A stretch of DNA of 19,628 nucleotides from Octopus sinensis. Lineage: Eukaryota. The translations under genes were made by a program, and so were the position numbers. Position 1 is the stretch's first letter. Every line of letters begins with the position of its first letter. Below are positions 1-8,689 of the stretch, piece after piece. The stretch lies in the NCBI RefSeq assembly GCF_006345805.1, contig NW_021824224.1, forward strand, positions 1 to 19,628, written 5' to 3'. The notes beneath the pieces were generated by a model. The model had not been told where the DNA came from, ran no database searches, and worked only from the letters and a program-made list of their open reading frames with translations.

Positions 1-147
1 TATATAACAAACGTAGAAACAATATGTAATTTTGCAATTTATCTCTCAGTGTTCTGAAATAAATATATTCTACTGAATACTAGAGTGAAATGTAGAATCC
101 GATCTTTGATTACGCGTAGCGCTTCGCATATTTATTCGATATGCATG

Positions 148-189
148 CATACATACATACATACATACATACATACATACATACATACA

Positions 190-219
<30 letters not shown>
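148..219. repeat. (CATA)n tetranucleotide microsatellite
   Basis: About 18 uninterrupted CATA units read directly. Confidence 0.97.
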
Positions 220-221
<2 letters not shown>

Positions 222-232
222 CCTAAGAAGAT

Positions 233-500
233 AAAGAGAGAATAGGAAGCTTCAGATAATGCGGTAATTTTTTATAAAACCATTATATTTCAGGCACAGA
301 AAAACAGTCGGGGAAATATCCAGCTATGTAGATTCCGTTAACCCATTCAAAATGCAAGAGGATTTGAATGGGTTAACAGAAGCTGCGTAACTAGATATTT
401 CACAGACTGTTTTTTTCTCTGAAGATGGGCCTTTGCACCTGAAATATAAAGGTTTTTAAAAACTTTCCGCATTGTCTGAAGCTTTCTATTTCCTCTCTTT
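233..500. mobile_element. Imperfect fold-back palindrome (MITE-like or PLE-terminus-derived)
   Basis: 233-351 is the reverse complement of 363-500 (e.g. GAAGCTTCAGATAATGCGG vs CCGCATTGTCTGAAGCTTTC; GTTAACCCATTCAAA vs TTTGAATGGGTTAAC), with an 11-nt spacer. Confidence 0.8.
415..452 (+). ncRNA. Degenerate minimal type I hammerhead ribozyme motif
   Basis: CTGAAGA(419-425)-T-GGGC.CTTT.GCACCT-GAAA(441-444)-TAT-A-AAGG. Both core halves are canonical and ATAT is a palindromic stem III, but stems I and II are imperfect. Confidence 0.5.
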
Positions 501-567
501 TTTGCCGTCTTCGATATCACAATACTTCTAATGAACTACATCGCTCTTATACTTATATTTATACATT

Positions 568-956
568 ACTCTTTACTTGTTTCAGTCATATGACTGCGGC
601 CATGTTGGAGTACCGCCTTTAATCGAGCAAATCGACCCCAGGGCTTATTCTTTGTAAGCTTAATATTTATTCTATCTGTCTCGCTTGCCGGACCGCTAAG
701 TGACAGGGACGTAAACACACCACCATCGGTTGTCAAGCGATGTTGGGGGGACAAACACACAGACACAAACACATACACACATATATATACATATACATAT
801 ATACGACGGGCTTCTTTCAGTTTCCGCCTACCAAATCCACTCACAAGGCTTTGGTCAGCCCGAGGCTAAAATAGAAGATACTTGCCCAAGGTACCACACA
901 GTGGGACTGAACCCGGAACTATGTGGCTGGTAAGCAAGCTACTTACCACCAGCCAA
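568..956 (-). mobile_element. tRNA-derived SINE, family A (octopus-type), near full length
   Basis: Reverse complement aligns end to end with 6867-7273: A/B-box head, internal (TA/TG) microsatellite, tail GACTGAAACAAGTAAAGAG. Confidence 0.92.
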
Positions 957-959
957 CAC

Positions 960-1052
960 ATATACGTTCATATATGTATATATGTATGTATGTATGTATG
1001 TATGTTTGTATGTAATATATTATGTATGCATGTATATATCTATCTACAAATA

Positions 1053-1095
<43 letters not shown>

Positions 1096-1230
1096 ATATA
1101 ATAATATAAGTAAAATTGGACAAAGTAGAAAATGTTAATTATGTATATAGTATATAACACACGTGCGCGTGCACACACCACACACACACACACACAAACA
1201 CACATAAACACACACTCGTACACATATGTG
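960..1230. repeat. Compound microsatellite (TATG)n/(TA)n/(CA)n
   Basis: Read directly. Confidence 0.9.
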
Positions 1231-1232
1231 TA

Positions 1233-2120
1233 CAGGGAATGTGGGCTAAATTTTACAGTTTGTTAAAAAGGAAAAGAAAACGTAATATCCCATCTAAAAA
1301 TTAGTGTTTTAAAAGTTAAAAAATAGCAAGTAAATTATAGCTGGGGGATAACAGTTTATTCAAAGTAGCCACCATCAGTTTCCCCCACGACCTCAAGACG
1401 GGTCCATAAACTGACATATGCGTTCCTCACTGTGTCCATGGGAAGATCTTCCAACATTTACTTGATCGTGGCGTCTTTGGTGTTGCAGGTAGAGTTGTTA
1501 GTGTTTTTCTGAACCATACCCGACACAGAGTAATTCATGGGATTACAATCGGGGGAATTAGGTCGGACACTGGGACTGGTGAAGTAGAAAAAGTTCTCTG
1601 CTGACTCTTTCCGGAGGTATAACCAGCCGCCGAATCTTGCTGCTACACATTTTGCCTTCCATAGTTTTCCATAGCCTCCATTAGATTCACATAATCGTCT
1701 GAATTGAGCCTAAGGCCTTTGATAAAAGATGTGGGGAAGCGTGACGTCACCCTCACTTGAGGCACACCCATAGATCAACACAGTTTGAGTTAACTTGGTT
1801 TTTATCATATGCGGTATGTCATATGGATTGAAGGTAAGCCACCTGTTGATCTGTTGATTGAAGGTAAGCCACCTGTGTTGTGCAACTGGTCTTAGTAGAA
1901 GTTCTTTTCATCTAAGAAGAACCAAATCATCTCCTGCTCAACAGGATGCCTCAGCTTGTTCAGGAGCTGCTTTGCATTCGATAAGCGGTTCTCCTTGGCC
2001 TTGGCTGTTAGAATTTGTCTCTCGCACCTCTTGTGAAAACTACGTGACAATCTTTGATCTTAGTTTCGCTGTACAAAGGCTGACCTGGCATTAAACAACA
2101 TCAGTTGTATAGGGTGACAT
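1233..2120 (-). mobile_element. Decayed Tc1/mariner-superfamily DNA transposon, one end retained
   Basis: TA at 1231-1232 is followed by CAGGGAATGTGGGCTAAATT, a typical Tc1/mariner terminus, downstream of a transposase remnant. The opposite TIR was not found. Confidence 0.82.
1356..2090 (-). pseudogene. DDE/D transposase pseudogene, maT (DD37D)-like
   Basis: Manual minus-strand translation across frameshifts and stops gives QILTAKAKENRLSNAKQLLNKLRHP..MIWFFLDEKNF (D1 at 1910-1912), IYGCASSEGDV.LPHIF..GLRLNSDDY, QQDS (D2 at 1634-1636), PNSPDCNPMNY and ..RLEVVGETDGGYFE* (stop at 1356-1358). The third catalytic position reads N. The D2-D3 spacer is 98 nt and frameshifted, so the DD37D call rests on motif resemblance. 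Confidence 0.9.
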
Positions 2121-2189
2121 ATATTCACGTGGGTTTAATTTAGCACGTGATTTTTATTCTTGATTTACGAAAATATAGAATTCAAGTTA

Positions 2190-3480
2190 ACCTGCCCAAG
2201 TCATTAAAATATCTTAAACACTTTAAAATATTTAAATCACGTTAAGATATCTAATTCATAGTATCTAAGTCACGTTATTTGAATCATGTCAGGATATCTA
2301 ATTCGCGTTATGCAAATTACGTTAATATAACTAAATCACGTTATTCAAAATCACCTTAAGATAACCTAACTGTATTATCTAATTTACGTCATGTAACTCA
2401 CGTTATTTAAATCCTATTAAGATACATAATTCACGTTATCTGCATCACATTAAGATATCTTAACTATCTTTAGACCACATAAATATTTCTAAGTTTCACG
2501 TTATGTAAACTACATTATTTAATTCACGTAAATTACTCACATATTTTAAATCATGCTAAGATCTGATCTATTTTATCTAAATAACGTTAAATTATCCAAT
2601 TAGTGCGTGTGTTTATCTGGCAAGAAAAAAAATGACCATCCCGAAATATAACAATATCTAATTATCGTTCTGTATCTCACATTAAGGTAAAAAATTCACA
2701 TTACGCGTATTGCGTTAAGATATCTAATTCCCGTTAATTTATTACTTCATGCTATCTAAATGATGTTAAAATATCCAATACATGTTCTCTGTAATTCATT
2801 AAGATATCCACCTCACTTTATATATATAAAGCATGTTAAAATATCTAATTCACAATAACTAGAATCATGTTTAAATAGTTAACTCACATTATCTGAATCG
2901 TGTTAAGGTATCTAAATCACGTTACGGTATCTAATTATCATTATCTAAATGATGTCTAGCTGTCTGAACCACGCCTTATTTACGATGTTAAGACATCTAA
3001 CTCATGTTATCTAAATCCTGTTTACATATAGCATTCATATCTAAATTCCGTTAAGGTACCCAAATCAGGTTAAAATATATTGAATCAAGTTACATTACCT
3101 AAATTATGTTAACTTAAATTATGATATCACTTGCTTTATGAAAATCACGCTAACTTCCCCATTACCTAATCTGATAACGCGATGTCTATCTTATGTTATC
3201 AGTATTATATTCAAGATATTTGATTGAAGTCAATATACTTAAACCCTGTTAAATATCTAACTTAAGTAAACTCACTTTAAGGTTCATAATTCACGTCAAA
3301 ATGGTTAATCCATGTTATGATATAAATCTCGTTAAGATTTCGAACATTAAGATACCTGACTCACGCTAAAGTATCTTAAATTACATAGAGTTGTCTAAAT
3401 TACGTTATCTAATTCAAGTTAATATATCTAAGAAATCAAGATATCTTAAATCAGCAGGATATCTAATTTACTTAGATTAG
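2190..3480. repeat. Degenerate AT-rich satellite of related 14-mer (AATTCACGTTATCT) and 19-mer (AAATCACGTTAAGATATCT) units
   Basis: Recurrent TCACGTTA, TTAAGATATCT and TATCTAA motifs over about 1.3 kb, e.g. 2234-2460. Confidence 0.85.
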
Positions 3481-3679
3481 TAAAGTGAAATGATAAATAG
3501 AAATTGTTTAATACGATTAAGTGTTTAGGAGTGATTTGGCATTGAATTTATAGATTAAGAAACTCAAGATTAATAGATATTGTACAGGTTTTGTTTCTTT
3601 ACTAAGGGTTGATAATGCATTGTGTGGGTGAATGAAATACAAAATATGAGTGGGTGTAAGTGTGTGAGTGTAGAGAAAG

Positions 3680-4130
3680 AAGATAATGTAAAGATGAGAG
3701 AGAAAGAGATGAAACGATAACGTTTTATCAGATAATGTCTGATAGAACGTTATTGGAAAATGAAACGTTATGAGTGAAAAGAGAGGGTAGTCAATTGAAT
3801 GGAATGACTAATGAGAAGATAATAAGGACAGAAAAAATGATATATGATAGAGATAGAGATTAAGGATACAGAAAAAATAGAGATGCTGGGAAAGAGAAGC
3901 GACAATGAGACTGAACAAAGAATGGATAAAAGAGAGAGAGAGAATCACCGATTCAGAGAGAGAGAGTCGCCGATTCAGAGAGAGATAAAGAGACAGACAT
4001 CAGAGATAGAAGAGAGAGATAGAGAGAGAGAGGGATAGAAAAGTTAGAGTGAGGAAGAAATAGGGGAGAGGAGAGTAAGAGAGAGATGGGGAGAAAGAGA
4101 GAGAGAGAGAGAGAGAAAAAAACTAGGTAA
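3680..4130. repeat. Purine-rich (GA)n low-complexity tract
   Basis: The plus strand is almost entirely A/G, with GAGA runs. Confidence 0.85.
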
Positions 4131-4479
4131 ACAGCGAGAAATATTAACCTCAAGCAATAAACGTTGTTTTTTAAAATGTGTGATTTAACTCGATGCAGCT
4201 TCGTATCATTAATTGGTGTTTTATTTTTTTATGTAATTAGTGGGCGTGTTTTATGTAACTGGTGGGCGTGTCAAGAATATTTTCGTTGTGGGGAAAAAAG
4301 GAAACGTTGTTTGGGTGACTGAAAATTTTGTGAGCATAGTTCTTATTGTTATTGTCTAACCTCAAGTCGGACCTGGCGAAGCACACCTATAAAAAAAAAA
4401 GGTAATCCAGCCGTGATTATCTCACCTTTTGTATTTTAAACATTATGAAGCTCGAGTGACATTATCCAGTTTGTCTGGA

Positions 4480-4945
4480 GGTCAAGTTTGCTTTTCAATC
4501 TTTCCAGGTCAAGTGCTGTGTTCGATTCTTTTCTCTCAGCTGTGTTCAAACCTCATTTGCAATGAGCTCTGCCACGTTTAAAGCGCCCAAGATTCACCGT
4601 ATGTCAAGTTGGAACTCCTACCATTCCATCAGAAGAGAAAGATCCATGACCATATATGGATGGATGGCTCTTCTTCGTTCGACAATGAGAGGATTTAGTC
4701 GTTTGATCAACCAAACCAACACACAATTGGCTGAGTATTCCACAGAATCAGCATGACATTGTGTGTGACAAGGTTGCACCTTTCGAATTACGGGTATAAT
4801 CCTAGTTGTCATCTACACCGTTTTCGTGGACCTAGTAACCCTCCTATGAATCGATTGAAACCTATAGAAAATTACATTTGCCCCAGATGCCACGTTATGG
4901 GACTGAAATCAGGATATCGTAGTTGTAAAACGAACTTCTTATCCA
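4480..4945 (-). mobile_element. Old, diverged SINE remnants
   Basis: 4860-4945 on the minus strand (CCTGATTTCAGTCCCATAACGTGGCATCTGGGGCAAATGT) resembles the family A head (CCGGGTTCAGTCCCACTGCGTGGCACCTTGGGCAAGTGT). From recall, 4720-4800 resembles the body of another octopus SINE. Boundaries are uncertain. Confidence 0.5.
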
Positions 4946-5055
4946 TTCAGTTATACTGCACCTACAACATATATATACATATAAACATGTATATATATAT
5001 ATATATATATATGCATGTATGTAATATATATACTATATATATATATATATATATA

Positions 5056-6074
5056 AGGTATGTAGAAAAATACAACATGGACAAGAACGTATAACAGATA
5101 GAAGACGATACAATAAACATGGACGGACATTCGAACCCCCCAGTCCTCAGTCAAGAACCGGACCATCGTAGCAACCTCGGCTGACCATCTTGAGATTACT
5201 AGATCACGGCCAGCCCTCCAAGAAAAACTAAGCTGGAAGCGTAGACTTCCTGGAGAAGGATCGAATGCATACGAACACCAGACAGCAAAAGGGACAGATA
5301 TAAAAAAAAAAACAAAAAACAATAATGGAATACAGAAACATGAAATACAGAAGCATTAACGGTGAAAACAACAAGTGTCTTACGACTGATAACAAGCAAA
5401 CAAATTTTTTCTCTGGCGCATTGGAAAAAGCCTTTATAGCGGCGGACGAAGAACAACGATGTTAACACGACGAGGGTCAGGAGCTGAAAGGCAGATTTCG
5501 GCCAACAGTAACGTGACAGAGAAGAGGGAAAAGAAAAGAAAGAGAGAGAGAGAAAAGGGGGACAAAACGCAACAAAGAGAGAGAAGAGAGAGAAAGAAGG
5601 AATCAGAGAGGAGAAGGGATGGGTGTCGAAGATGACCTGTGAGTGCAGAGCGAGACAAAGAAATAGGAGGGTAGTGGAAGACTAGACCAAAGGATCAGAG
5701 GAAAGAGAAGATGAATAGAGAAAGTGAGTAGAGAGAAAGATGAATAGAGAGAAAGAGGAAAGTAAATGAGAGAGAGAGAGAGACAAACAGAGAGTCGTAC
5801 CATTATTAAGAATATGTGTTCACATTAATGATAAAGGGGGTACGGGGCGCCTGGAATATATGTTAGGTATGTAGAAAAATACAACATGGACAAGAACGTA
5901 TAACAGATAGAAGACGATACAATAAACATGGACAGGACATTCGAACCCCCCAGTCCTCAGTCAAGAACCGGACCATCGTAGCAACCTCGGCTGACCAATC
6001 TTGAGATTACTAGATCACGGCCAGCCCTCCAAGAAAAACTAAGCTGGAAGCGTAGACTTCCTGGAAGAAGGATC
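5056..6074 (-). mobile_element. Non-autonomous ~1-kb element with ~207-bp direct terminal repeats (pseudo-LTR / partial-tandem, PLE-like)
   Basis: 5056-5262 and 5865-6074 are identical except for three single-A indels. (TA)n flanks both sides, there are no TG...CA ends and there is no coding capacity. The strand is a guess from a minus-strand CTGAGGA..CGAA motif and from analogy to the other elements. Confidence 0.8.
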
Positions 6075-6105
6075 ATATATATATATATATATATATATAG
6101 GTGAA

Positions 6106-6436
6106 GGCGCATGGCTCAGTGGTTAGAGCGTCGAGCTTACGATCGTGAGGTTGTGAGCTCGAATCCCGGACCGGGCTGCGTGTTGTGTTCTTGAGCAAGG
6201 CACTTTATTTCACGTTGCTCCAGTTCACTCAGCTGTAGAAATGAGTTGCGACGTCACTGGTGCCAAGCTGTATCGACCTTTGTCTTTCCCTTGGATAACA
6301 CTGGTGGCGTGGAGAGGGGAGGCTGGTATGCATGGGCGACTGCTGGTCTTCCATAAACAACCTTGCCCGGACTTGTGTCTAGGAGGGTAACTTTCTAGGT
6401 GCAATCCCATGGTCATTCATGACCGAAGGGGGTCCT
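6106..6436 (+). mobile_element. tRNA-derived SINE, family B
   Basis: A-box TGGCTCAGTGG (6112-6122) and B-box-like GAGCTCGAATCCC, followed by a SINE body (TTGAGCAAGGCACTTTATTTCACGTTGCTCCAGTTCACTCAGCTGT). Flanked by (TA)n. Confidence 0.88.
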
Positions 6437-6470
6437 TCCTTCTATATATATATACACACATACATACATA

Positions 6471-6517
<47 letters not shown>

Positions 6518-6519
6518 GT

Positions 6520-6700
6520 AATAAGTCAAGGTAGAAAATGCTAAAATAATTTTAAACATGAAAAGCATTTTAGTACCGGTTTCAGTCATTGAGACTTTTT
6601 CAACTCTAAGTTTAGAAAACAATTAAATTGTGAAAAATTTAAATGAAAAGTTAAAAAAATTTTTTTTTTACCTAGTATTCAAATACAAGGGGCATTTTCC
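6520..6700 (-). mobile_element. Short PLE-terminus-like repeat carrying a hammerhead motif
   Basis: AT-rich island between microsatellites that contains the 6568-6609 motif. Confidence 0.5.
6568..6609 (-). ncRNA. Minimal type I hammerhead ribozyme with U3-A8 core variant
   Basis: Minus strand: TTAGAG-TTGAAAA-AGTC.TCAAT.GACT-GAAA-CCGGT-A-CTAAAA. Perfect 4-bp stem II, palindromic ACCGGT stem III, GUA triplet; stem I is weak. Confidence 0.65.
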
Positions 6701-6739
6701 TTGTTACTGCCTGTCTCTGTCTCTCTCTTTTTACTCTTG

Positions 6740-6770
<31 letters not shown>

Positions 6771-6866
6771 AAGAAAAGAAATGGAGCAACAATTAATAAT
6801 TAGAAGTTGATCATTGGTATTAAAATGTCATAGCTTAAGTGTAGTTAAAAAAATATCTATATCATA

Positions 6867-7273
6867 GGCGCAGGAGTGGCTGTGTGGTAAGTAGCTTGCT
6901 TACCAACCACATGATTCCGGGTTCAGTCTCACTGCGTGGCACCTTGGGCAAGTGTCTTCTGCTATAGCCTCGGGTCGACCAATGCCTTGTGAGTGGATTT
7001 GGTAGACGGAAACTGAAAGAAGCCTGTTGTATATATGTATATATATGTATGTGTGTGTATATATTTGTGTGTGTATATGTTTGTGTTTGTCCCCCTAGCA
7101 TTGCTTGACAACCGATGCTGGTGTGTTTACATCCCCGTCACTTAGCGGTTCGGCAAAATAGACCGATAGAATAAATACTGGGCTTACAAAGAATAAGTCC
7201 CGGGGTCGATTTGCTCGACTAAAGGCGGTGCTCCAGCATGGCCGCAGTCAAATGACTGAAACAAGTAAAAGAG
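6867..7273 (+). mobile_element. tRNA-derived SINE, family A, full length
   Basis: A-box TGGCTGTGTGG, B-box GGTTCAGTCTC, internal microsatellite, tail GGCGGTGCTCCAGCATGGCCGCAGTCAAATGACTGAAACAAGTAAAAGAG. Several other copies occur in the window. Confidence 0.95.
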
Positions 7274-7308
7274 AGCTGTTTTAGTTTGTTATTTTTGAAG
7301 TAAATTTG

Positions 7309-7346
7309 CATTTATCTCGTTCCGTCTAACAAACATCGTCAGAATG
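7309..7346 (-). ncRNA. Possible decayed hammerhead motif
   Basis: Minus strand: CATT-CTGACGA-T-GTTT.GTT.AGAC-GGAA-CGAGAT-A-AATG. Stems I and II pair, but GAAA reads GGAA and stem III is mismatched. Confidence 0.3.
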
Positions 7347-7620
7347 ATTTAGAATTTAACGGAGGAATATAGACAGGAAAAAAAAAAAAAAAAGGAAAAA
7401 TGAAAAATGTTCGTTAAGTCTTTAGGATTAGATTTTTGTGTCCTTTAAGGTTCCACGTCTGTGTACATTTCTTCAATTAGATGAATGAAGCAAAACTTTC
7501 ACACTGACTTTGTTGTCTAATTTTATTTAACACACACATACACACACACACGTTAAATAAAATGAGACAACAAAGCCAAGGCAGTGTGAAGTTTCTAGGA
7601 CATTTATGAAGAGAAAGGTA

Positions 7621-7668
7621 ATCTTGCAGGTGTTTCGAGGATATGGGGAATATCCCTTCACCAGAGAC
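7621..7668 (-). ncRNA. Decayed minimal type I hammerhead motif (A6G, U16.1C)
   Basis: Minus strand: GTCT-CTGGTGA-A-GGGATAT.TCCCC.ATATCCTC-GAAA-CACCTGC-A-AGAT. Strong GGATAT/ATATCC stem II and a 4-bp stem I; the cleavage-site U is lost. Confidence 0.55.
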
Positions 7669-7799
7669 GATATGAGTGTTAAATAGAGGGAAACAGCAGA
7701 GTTCTAATATAAGAACTTATTTTGGAAAGGGAGAGATGTAGGTACTATAAAGAGAATTATGAGAATAAAAATAAAAATATATGTTGGATGTTACAGTTG

Positions 7800-7845
<46 letters not shown>

Positions 7846-7905
7846 ACATATATATAATATATAATATATATATATATAATATATATTATATAATATATAT
7901 TATTA

Positions 7906-8158
7906 TTATTGTGTCTGGGGAGAGTCATTCTCTTTTAGTGCCTATTATTTAACACACACACCGGATCGATTTCCACTCATTTACTTATATATTTTTTTGT
8001 AAAATTTTCGTTGTGTCTTGCAACCTTTTCAATAGTCATCGAACCGGTGTGTTAAATAATAAGGCCCTAAAAGAGAATGCATCTTCCCAGACACAATAAA
8101 ATATGCTTCAACACACGAATTTACATAAAGAATCTTGCAAGCCAAATACAAAAACAAT
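7906..8158. mobile_element. Fold-back element with ~63-bp inverted arms (7906-7970 / 8038-8099), PLE-terminus-like
   Basis: TTATTGTGTCTGGGGAGAGTCATTCTCTTTTAGTGCC..CCGGATCGAT versus ATCGAACCGG..GGCCCTAAAAGAGAATGCATCTTCCCAGACACAATAA. The right side continues unpaired to about 8158. Confidence 0.85.
7999..8037 (-). ncRNA. Minimal type I hammerhead motif with U3-A8 core variant
   Basis: Minus strand: GACTA-TTGAAAA-G-GTTG.CAAGACA.CAAC-GAAA-ATT-T-TAC. 4-bp stem II, palindromic AATT stem III, 2-bp stem I in this copy. Confidence 0.55.
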
Positions 8159-8244
8159 ATATATATATATATATATATATAATACGCACACATATATACA
8201 TACATACACACACACATATATATATGTACTTATATATGTATATG

Positions 8245-8339
<95 letters not shown>

Positions 8340-8357
8340 TATATATATATTATATAT
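8158..8357. repeat. Compound (TA)n/(CA)n/(CT)n/(TA)n microsatellite
   Basis: Read directly; includes a (CT)n run at about 8247-8298. Confidence 0.95.
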
Positions 8358-8570
8358 ATCGCGTGTGTGTCGATGGCGATTTTCTTTCTCCGTCTTCCCT
8401 TCTTTGGACTTTTTCTATATTTCTGATGAAGAGCTTCGCTCGAAACGTGAAATCCTCTTTCTTTTCTTTCCTTTCCTTTCCAGAGCGTCCAATAAAACAG
8501 TACTTGTTCCACGTCCTCGCGTTGTTGTTTTTTCTTGCTTGTTCATGTTTGGATTGACTACACACACACA
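8355..8570 (+). mobile_element. Short non-autonomous PLE-terminus-like repeat, copy A
   Basis: Starts at a (TA)n run, contains a hammerhead motif and has an inverted paralogue at 9403-9560. Confidence 0.75.
8419..8453 (+). ncRNA. Minimal type I hammerhead ribozyme motif (GUG at cleavage triplet)
   Basis: ATTT-CTGATGA-A-GAGC.TTC.GCTC-GAAA-CGT-G-AAAT. Canonical core, 4-bp stems I and II, palindromic ACGT stem III; H17 is G, which the NUH rule disfavours. Confidence 0.75.
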
Positions 8571-8584
8571 CACACACACACCAC

Positions 8585-8621
<37 letters not shown>

Positions 8622-8689
8622 GTTCGTTTCATCAATGCGGCTGCAGTCTCGCTGGGACACCACTGTGGTTTTGCACCGTTAGTTATGAT

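Noticed and set aside
67-98. ATTCTA-CTGAATA-CTAGAGT-GAAA-TG-TAGAAT hammerhead-like shape
   Set aside because: G8 is lost without compensation, there is no viable stem II and no room for stem III in the 6-bp register; at most an unrecognisable relic.
1858-2094. 78-aa plus-strand ORF
   Set aside because: It is the antisense shadow of the transposase remnant.
2190-3480. CRISPR-like array
   Set aside because: The context is eukaryotic, units are contiguous and degenerate with no unique spacers, and there are no cas genes.
4562-5094. ORFs 4562-4756 and 4753-5094 as a host gene
   Set aside because: No recognisable domain; they overlap antisense SINE remnants and end in a microsatellite.
5056-6074. 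LTR retrotransposon or TRIM
   Set aside because: The repeats lack TG...CA termini, and no PBS or 4-6-bp TSD is evident.
6106-6180. tRNA gene
   Set aside because: A and B boxes are present, but there is no complete acceptor or anticodon stem and the sequence runs straight into a SINE body. The same applies to the family A heads.
8077-8682. 201-aa ORF and similar long ORFs (10509-11072, 11199-11609, 8108-8512 and others)
   Set aside because: They are made of YI/HT/SL/RE dipeptide runs from stop-free reading of (TA)n, (CA)n and (CT)n microsatellites; there is no protein signal.
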